Below, one piece after another: positions 58,501-64,000 of a stretch of 64,000 nt of DNA. Position 1 is the first letter of the stretch, and each line of letters opens with the position of its first letter. A program made the translations under genes and the position numbers. This DNA comes from Fimbriosthenelais zetlandica (taxonomy: Eukaryota). The DNA is taken from the NCBI GenBank assembly GCA_977030845.1, contig OZ365115.1, positions 14,012,001 to 14,076,000 of the forward strand. The letters are read 5' to 3'. The notes below the pieces were generated by a model. That model had not been told where the DNA came from and ran no database searches. It was given only the letters and a program-made list of their open reading frames with translations.

Positions 58501-61500
58501 AAGCTTCAGCAGGTGCCTCAACATATGTTATATAAAGCGGGACAACGAGCGAACCCACAGATGAAAATAGAACCAGGAACCATCAAACTGGAACCCGGGA
58601 CGCAGATGATGACCGGACAAACCGTGGTTACAACCGCTACCTCCACCACGACCGGCGTGCAAAATAAACTGCAAATACCGCTAACAGCGGCTACTATACC
58701 ACAAAACCAAGGTACACCCACTTAACTTACTTTGATAGACAACTCTGAAGTTATCTGTTGATATCTTTTGACCAAATGGACGTGCCAAAAATGATGAATA
58801 TTGACCTCTGAAAATGATAATTTTATGTAAAAAAAAAAATCAATTTGCCCACAACTGAAGTTCAGAGTGCTTCCTATGACCTGGAATTTAAGGGTTTACT
58901 CAGGGAAAACTCAGGGAATTCTGGTCTCATGAACTGCTGGGAAACCTGGTACTGTAATGGTGAATTTTGAAGCAACTGATGTTCTTTTTGTCTCAGGTAA
59001 TGTGATGCAGCTACGACCTATCGCGCCCCAGCAGTGTCAGCAGCTGTCACCAGGTGGCAGTAGTAACATGTCAGGTCTCCAGCTCCAGCCCTCCCAGGCT
59101 GTCCCCGCTGCCGCTGCTGCTGCTGGATCCGAGGTGAACAAGGTTCCGCTTCTACCCAGCGGAGCTCCAGTCAAGGTGAACACTTTACCTACTAATATTA
59201 TAAATATAAAAAATTATAAAAGAAAAAATTCAAAATGGTATTAAAAATAGCCTTCCATATAAGAGATTTAATGTCCAACTCAAGTTCTTACAAAAGAAAT
59301 TGTAATATTTGTTTGTATGATATATTATAGTCTCAATTCATGGCCAAGAGAAAAAAGGAATATTTTAATTTATGATATTGTGTTTAATCTCCTACAAATA
59401 TCAAGAATATATTGATCAAAAAATGGGTTGATCCATTGTAAGCATGCTTATGAAATAGAAGATTACAACTAAAAAAATGTTAATGATTTTATTATTTTTT
59501 TGCTCAGGTTGGAAATCAGATTCAGATCCCCATCCATATACAGGAGAAGCTGAAGCAGAACCTTGCTAAGATGACACCGGAGCAGCAGCAGGCTTACATC
59601 AAACAACAACTCCCCGTCCTACTCCACTTACAACAACAGGCGCTAAGACAACAACAGCAACAACAACAGAAACAACAACAGCTAGCACAGAAACAGGTCC
59701 AGCATCAACAGGTACAGCAACAGCAGCAGCAGCAGCAACAACCGCAGCAGGCCACGGGTGAGTAGTGGAAAGATTTCTTACAATTGTTTTTTTTTGTTAA
59801 TTCTCCTGTACTCATAATACTGTATTTTCTACTCAATAACGCCCTTTTTAAATAAAAAACAATTAAAAAACGGCAATAATATATATATTATAAGTTTTTA
59901 AGGAAATGATAATGTACATAGTAACTTGTCTTGCACCTTATGTTTTTGTGATGTAATAATGTCTAATAACTTGTCTTGCACGTTAAGTTTTTTGTGATAT
60001 AATAGTGTATAATAATTTATCTTATAGTGGTAGCAGTGCAGCCTCAAACCCTACCCATCACCACCGCCAGTATTACACCACAACCAGTGGGTACTGTCAA
60101 GGCCAAGATCCCCATCACTGTACAGGTGCGTGATTTCCCCAATATTATATTACTAATCCTTGATATCTTAAGCTAAAATAATTTGTCGATAGAACTTATT
60201 CGATTTGCCATCTGGCTCCATAATTCTTATATGCATAATCTCAAGGTTTTACGAAAGTTTTCTAATTAATTTTTAATAAAAATAGTCGAATTATACATTT
60301 CCTACAGGGCAGGATTTCTGTGTTAACTCAACTTTGGTTGCAGTGTTCCATTTTGCCCATAATATCGCACTAGGTTGTATTTATGTTTGAGTATTTTAAT
60401 TATTCTGTCACCAGGTGGCGGCTAACACGACGACAGGTAAGGTGACGGTGGTGACGACACAACAGGCGAACACGACGACCGTCGCTACAGTAACGACGAC
60501 AACAAAGGCCAGCAACGGTCAGAAACGTACCGTGGTCCAGGCCCTGTCTAAAACAGCACTGTAAGTATTACTAATTTGTCTGATATTTGGTTTTGAAAAT
60601 GAAAGGAAATATTAATGTGTTTAGGAAAGCATTGCGAAACGAAAATAGTTAAAATTCCTTATTGAAATTAGGAATTCGGATATTAGAAAACTTGTTTCTG
60701 GCTAAACATTCCTATCGATTTTAAACTAAACATCTTGGTGTCAGATATTTGTCCTTATATTATAAATATAAATTGTAGATATAAGTTGTAATAATTTTGT
60801 TGTTTTTTAATCAGGTCTCAGAGGCAGTTAAGTCAGGATCAGAACCACGCTCTCAATCCTGATCCTAAACGACCCTTTAAAGACAACCGAGACGCGATAC
60901 AACGCTTAATACGCTACCACGTCTTTAGTACGATAGAACCCCCCACCGGGCAGGTCACTCAAGGTAAAATATAGCACTATACCAAAATATACAGGTCTAT
61001 ACTAACATAATATACACCTCAGCAAGTCTACAAGTTCTCAAAATAACTTATATAAATATTAATGTTTTATGATAAGTCTAGAGTAAGATCAATGATGTGC
61101 GCAGATAGGTCAGAATCTATTAAAAAGAATATACTTCCCTGATGTTGATAGTGCTATTTTAAATTAAATTTTCATTTTTTAATTTACTTTTCTTTTCATG
61201 TAGAAGAAGCCCAGTATGAGAAGGAGGCACATGAGCTGCTAGAACGCAAACAACAAATGCTCAACAAATATAGACTTCTTCTGTTCGACGATGCTATGGT
61301 AAGAACCAGTAACAAGTTCCAAGTTCTATATTAGCTGAGACAGAACAGTGCTTTTAGTGCACTGTGATGACACCGAGGGCGCCACTGCATTCAATCCAAG
61401 ATGGCGGCCACGAATCTTAGCGAGAATTTCAGAGAGAAAGAAACAATAGCTCTATATTAATTTACATAGCTTTCATTTTGCTGTGAGATTTTCCTCGGTT

Positions 61501-63858
61501 TTCTCTTCCGTTTCTAACTGAGATTTGTCACCTCTTCTCCCCTGTTTTTAACTGAGATTTGTCTCATCTTTGTAGCGGTTGGAGCAGACATCAGAGATGG
61601 TCATGTTAGAGAGGATGTTTATACAAGACGAACGTGAACAACTAAAAGAGGACCAGGAGCTCATCAAGACAGACCCCGGTGAGTAGCTCGAGATGAATTA
61701 GCTCAGTCACCTCACTGTTACCACTCAATGGTCAGAACTGTATGTTTAAAACTTTTAACTTGTCACAATTGGCTGGCGGTTTTGGCTGGAGGGTGCTCGC
61801 CACAGCAAGGGACAATATATCTCCTAACAAACTGCAACTCTATTGTAGGGTCTAGATGGGAGGTGAGGAAGTGATGATTCATTATAGGGCTGTTATTGAG
61901 TGATTGTTAAATCGCGGTGAAAACTTGGCACCAGAACTGATCCTGCCTCCCTCACACATGCTCACACTTACTGTAATGCCGGGTTTAGTACCATATAGCC
62001 GCGATGGCCTTGCGGATAGCCGCAATAGCTTGCTGCTATATGCTGCGGTTCTTTTTTCATGCGGCTCTTGCTGTTATTGACTCCACTGAGCCGCAATTGT
62101 CTTTGCTGTTCTTGCGGTCATTCTCGCCCATTAGAATTTCTAATATATTTTTCTTGAATTTCTAAGAAACTCAAGGATCACAATCCGCATGATCGCTTAC
62201 CTAAAACAAAATAGAAATAGCCTCTAGTGTAGAGTTCTGGTGTTCAACCAATTAAAAAATAAAAACATAATTTCTGAATTTGTATCTGTTTTGTGGTTAC
62301 AGACAGTTTCACCCCGTGTCCTATCATAAAGGACGAGTCGGAGGAGGAGGAGGAGGATGGAGGAAGTAGAGAGGAGAAGGCTGGTAGTGGGAGGTACCAG
62401 CAGGCACCCCTCACCACCGCCATGACGCCGGTAGAGATAAAACCAGACCCGGAGTGGCTAGAACCCAGCGAGGCGAAGAGAATCAAACTAGAGCCAGGAG
62501 TGACAGCGGAGGAGGGCGGCGACCAGCTAAACTACACACAGAAATACATTAAAAAAGAGAAGGAGACGGCAGTAGATAAACCGCCAGCTAGCCCGAGCTA
62601 TACACTACACTCCACAGGCGGGCTGAAGATCGTCATTAAAAACAGTCCCATACACATGAAGAGTCCAGCCAGACTGGATGACTCACTGACCACTGGTCAG
62701 GAGGACTTTAAATCACCACTGGTCAAGCGGGGGTTATATAAAAGCAGCACCCCCCACCGGTCACCTCTCAGATCACCACTGAGGTCGCCTCTCATGTCTC
62801 CCTTCAGATCCCCAACATATAGACTACACGAGACATTGAGCCACCCCTCCCCCACCACGGGCAAGGGGGTGGGCGGGGGGAAGGGGGAGAGGGGGTACAG
62901 AATGGGGGAGGAGGATGAGGATGAGGAGGGGGATGGTGTGTTACCGTTTAGAGGAGGGGGAGGGGGTGATGTTGACCTCACCTCTCCCCCACCACCCCTC
63001 ACCACCCATCAACATGGAGGTACAGAGACATCAGAAGCTGACAGTGCTGTAGCCGGTTTACTGTCCAGTACCGGTATAGATACTGACGATGAGATGCCGG
63101 AACTGGTAGCAGTACCGACACAAGCCCGCGTGACGAGCAGTAGCTTACAGATCACCCAAACACACCACCCGCGGGTACCCTCTAAAGACATGAATAACTC
63201 CTATATCGAGGATGAGGAGGAGGAGGAGGGGGGCAGCTGTAGTAGTGTTAGTAGTAGTGGGGGGGATCTAGGGGGAGGTGGGGGAGGGGAGATAAACGCT
63301 GCTGTAGATAGCCTTATGGCTGACTTTCATGACATTGGTGGTGTTGGTGGTGGTGGTGGTTCACAGCACCACTTGACGGCTAGTGATTCAGACATTGATC
63401 TCAATAATTTAACTACTGATTCCTCCCTCCATCCCTCCACCTTCACTAACTACCCTTATACTGACTCTACCGCGGATATGGCGGAGTTCTTCCCTACATC
63501 GACAGATACCATGATGGTGGACGATGCTCCGACCACCTCCCACCCTGCCTCTACCTCCCATCACCCGCCCACCACCTCCCACCACCCGCCCACAACCTCC
63601 GACCCCGCCACCACCACCTCCCCACCCCCCGACTCACACCATGAAGTTCAGAGTGCAATAAACAGTATCCTCAGCTTCCAGCAGGTGGACATGGGGGGAG
63701 ACCACCCAACATTCACCCACAACAACGCCAACAACCACAACAACACCGACTCGTTTGATATGTATGTTGGTGGTGAGACGGGGGGTGGAGGGGACGGGCC
63801 GGAGAGCGACCCAATGCAAGACGATCTAGATGCTGCAGTTCAGAGTATATTAATGTGA
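49575..63858 (+). CDS. BICRA: BICRA/GLTSCR1 (ncBAF/GBAF subunit), ~2198 aa. Exons 49575-49609, 50919-50973, 51466-51866, 52457-52688, 52957-53652, 54714-54827, 56029-58284, 58480-58711, 58997-59175, 59508-59757, 60028-60125, 60415-60560, 60815-60963, 61204-61298, 61576-61678, 62303-63858
   Basis: 16 GT-AG exons sum to 6597 nt in frame. N-terminus MDDGRCLLDVISDADALTDFL (recalled human MDDEDGRCLLDVICDPQALNDFL). GLTSCR1 domain DQNHALNPDPKRPF..DAIQRLIRYHV..LLERKQQMLNKYRLLL..EMVMLERMFIQDE; C-terminal VQSAINSILSFQQ. Confidence 0.93.
54190..54695. repeat. Degenerate intronic array of TGACTGTT/GTTAAC motifs
   Basis: Dozens of GACTGTT(AAC) words ending ~15 nt before the 54714 acceptor. Confidence 0.75.
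54840..55200. repeat. Degenerate intronic array of AGCTTT/CTTCAGCTCT motifs
   Basis: CCAAGCTTT(A/G)GCTTCAGCTCT repeated, starting just after the 54828 donor. Confidence 0.8.
57703..57897 (+). repeat. Coding 15-bp minisatellite, 13 copies, encoding (GGA[M/T/I]V)n in BICRA
   Basis: GGAMV GGATV GGAMV GGATI GGAMV GGTTV GGAIV GGATM GGTMV GGATV GGAIV GGATV GRATP; 195 nt. Confidence 0.95.
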
Positions 63859-64000
63859 AAAAATGCTGTACAAAATCTAATGAATTAATAATTATGTAAC
63901 ATAATGTAATTCCTGTAGGAAGATTAGCTCACCCTAACCCCCATCTCTGTATATGTTGCTGTGTATATGTGTAGTATAATTAATAATAATGAGCTGATAT

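Overview
AT-rich, intron-containing DNA from a non-vertebrate bilaterian animal; the taxon cannot be fixed from sequence alone. Exons were built by hand from GT-AG sites and phase continuity. Left to right: (1) the 3' end of MADD/Rab3-GEF (+), whose canonical last exon (9120-9236) is preceded by a candidate novel alternative terminal exon (7274-7699) and a truncated duplicate of its own acceptor (9039-9077); (2) a repeat-rich spacer with a probable ~4.1 kb CACTG-ended DNA transposon relic; (3) a compact mixed chemoreceptor cluster: two head-to-head divergent ionotropic receptor (variant iGluR/IR) genes with identical intron phases, then two tandem gustatory-receptor-like (GRL/7TM ion channel) genes with three phase-0 3' introns; (4) the full coding region of BICRA/GLTSCR1 (+, 16 coding exons, ~2198 aa). 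Several short tandem repeats sit on splice sites or a stop codon. MITEs, tRNA-derived fragments and a ~1.07 kb intronic foldback are interspersed. Gene identities rest on recalled family motifs, not database searches.
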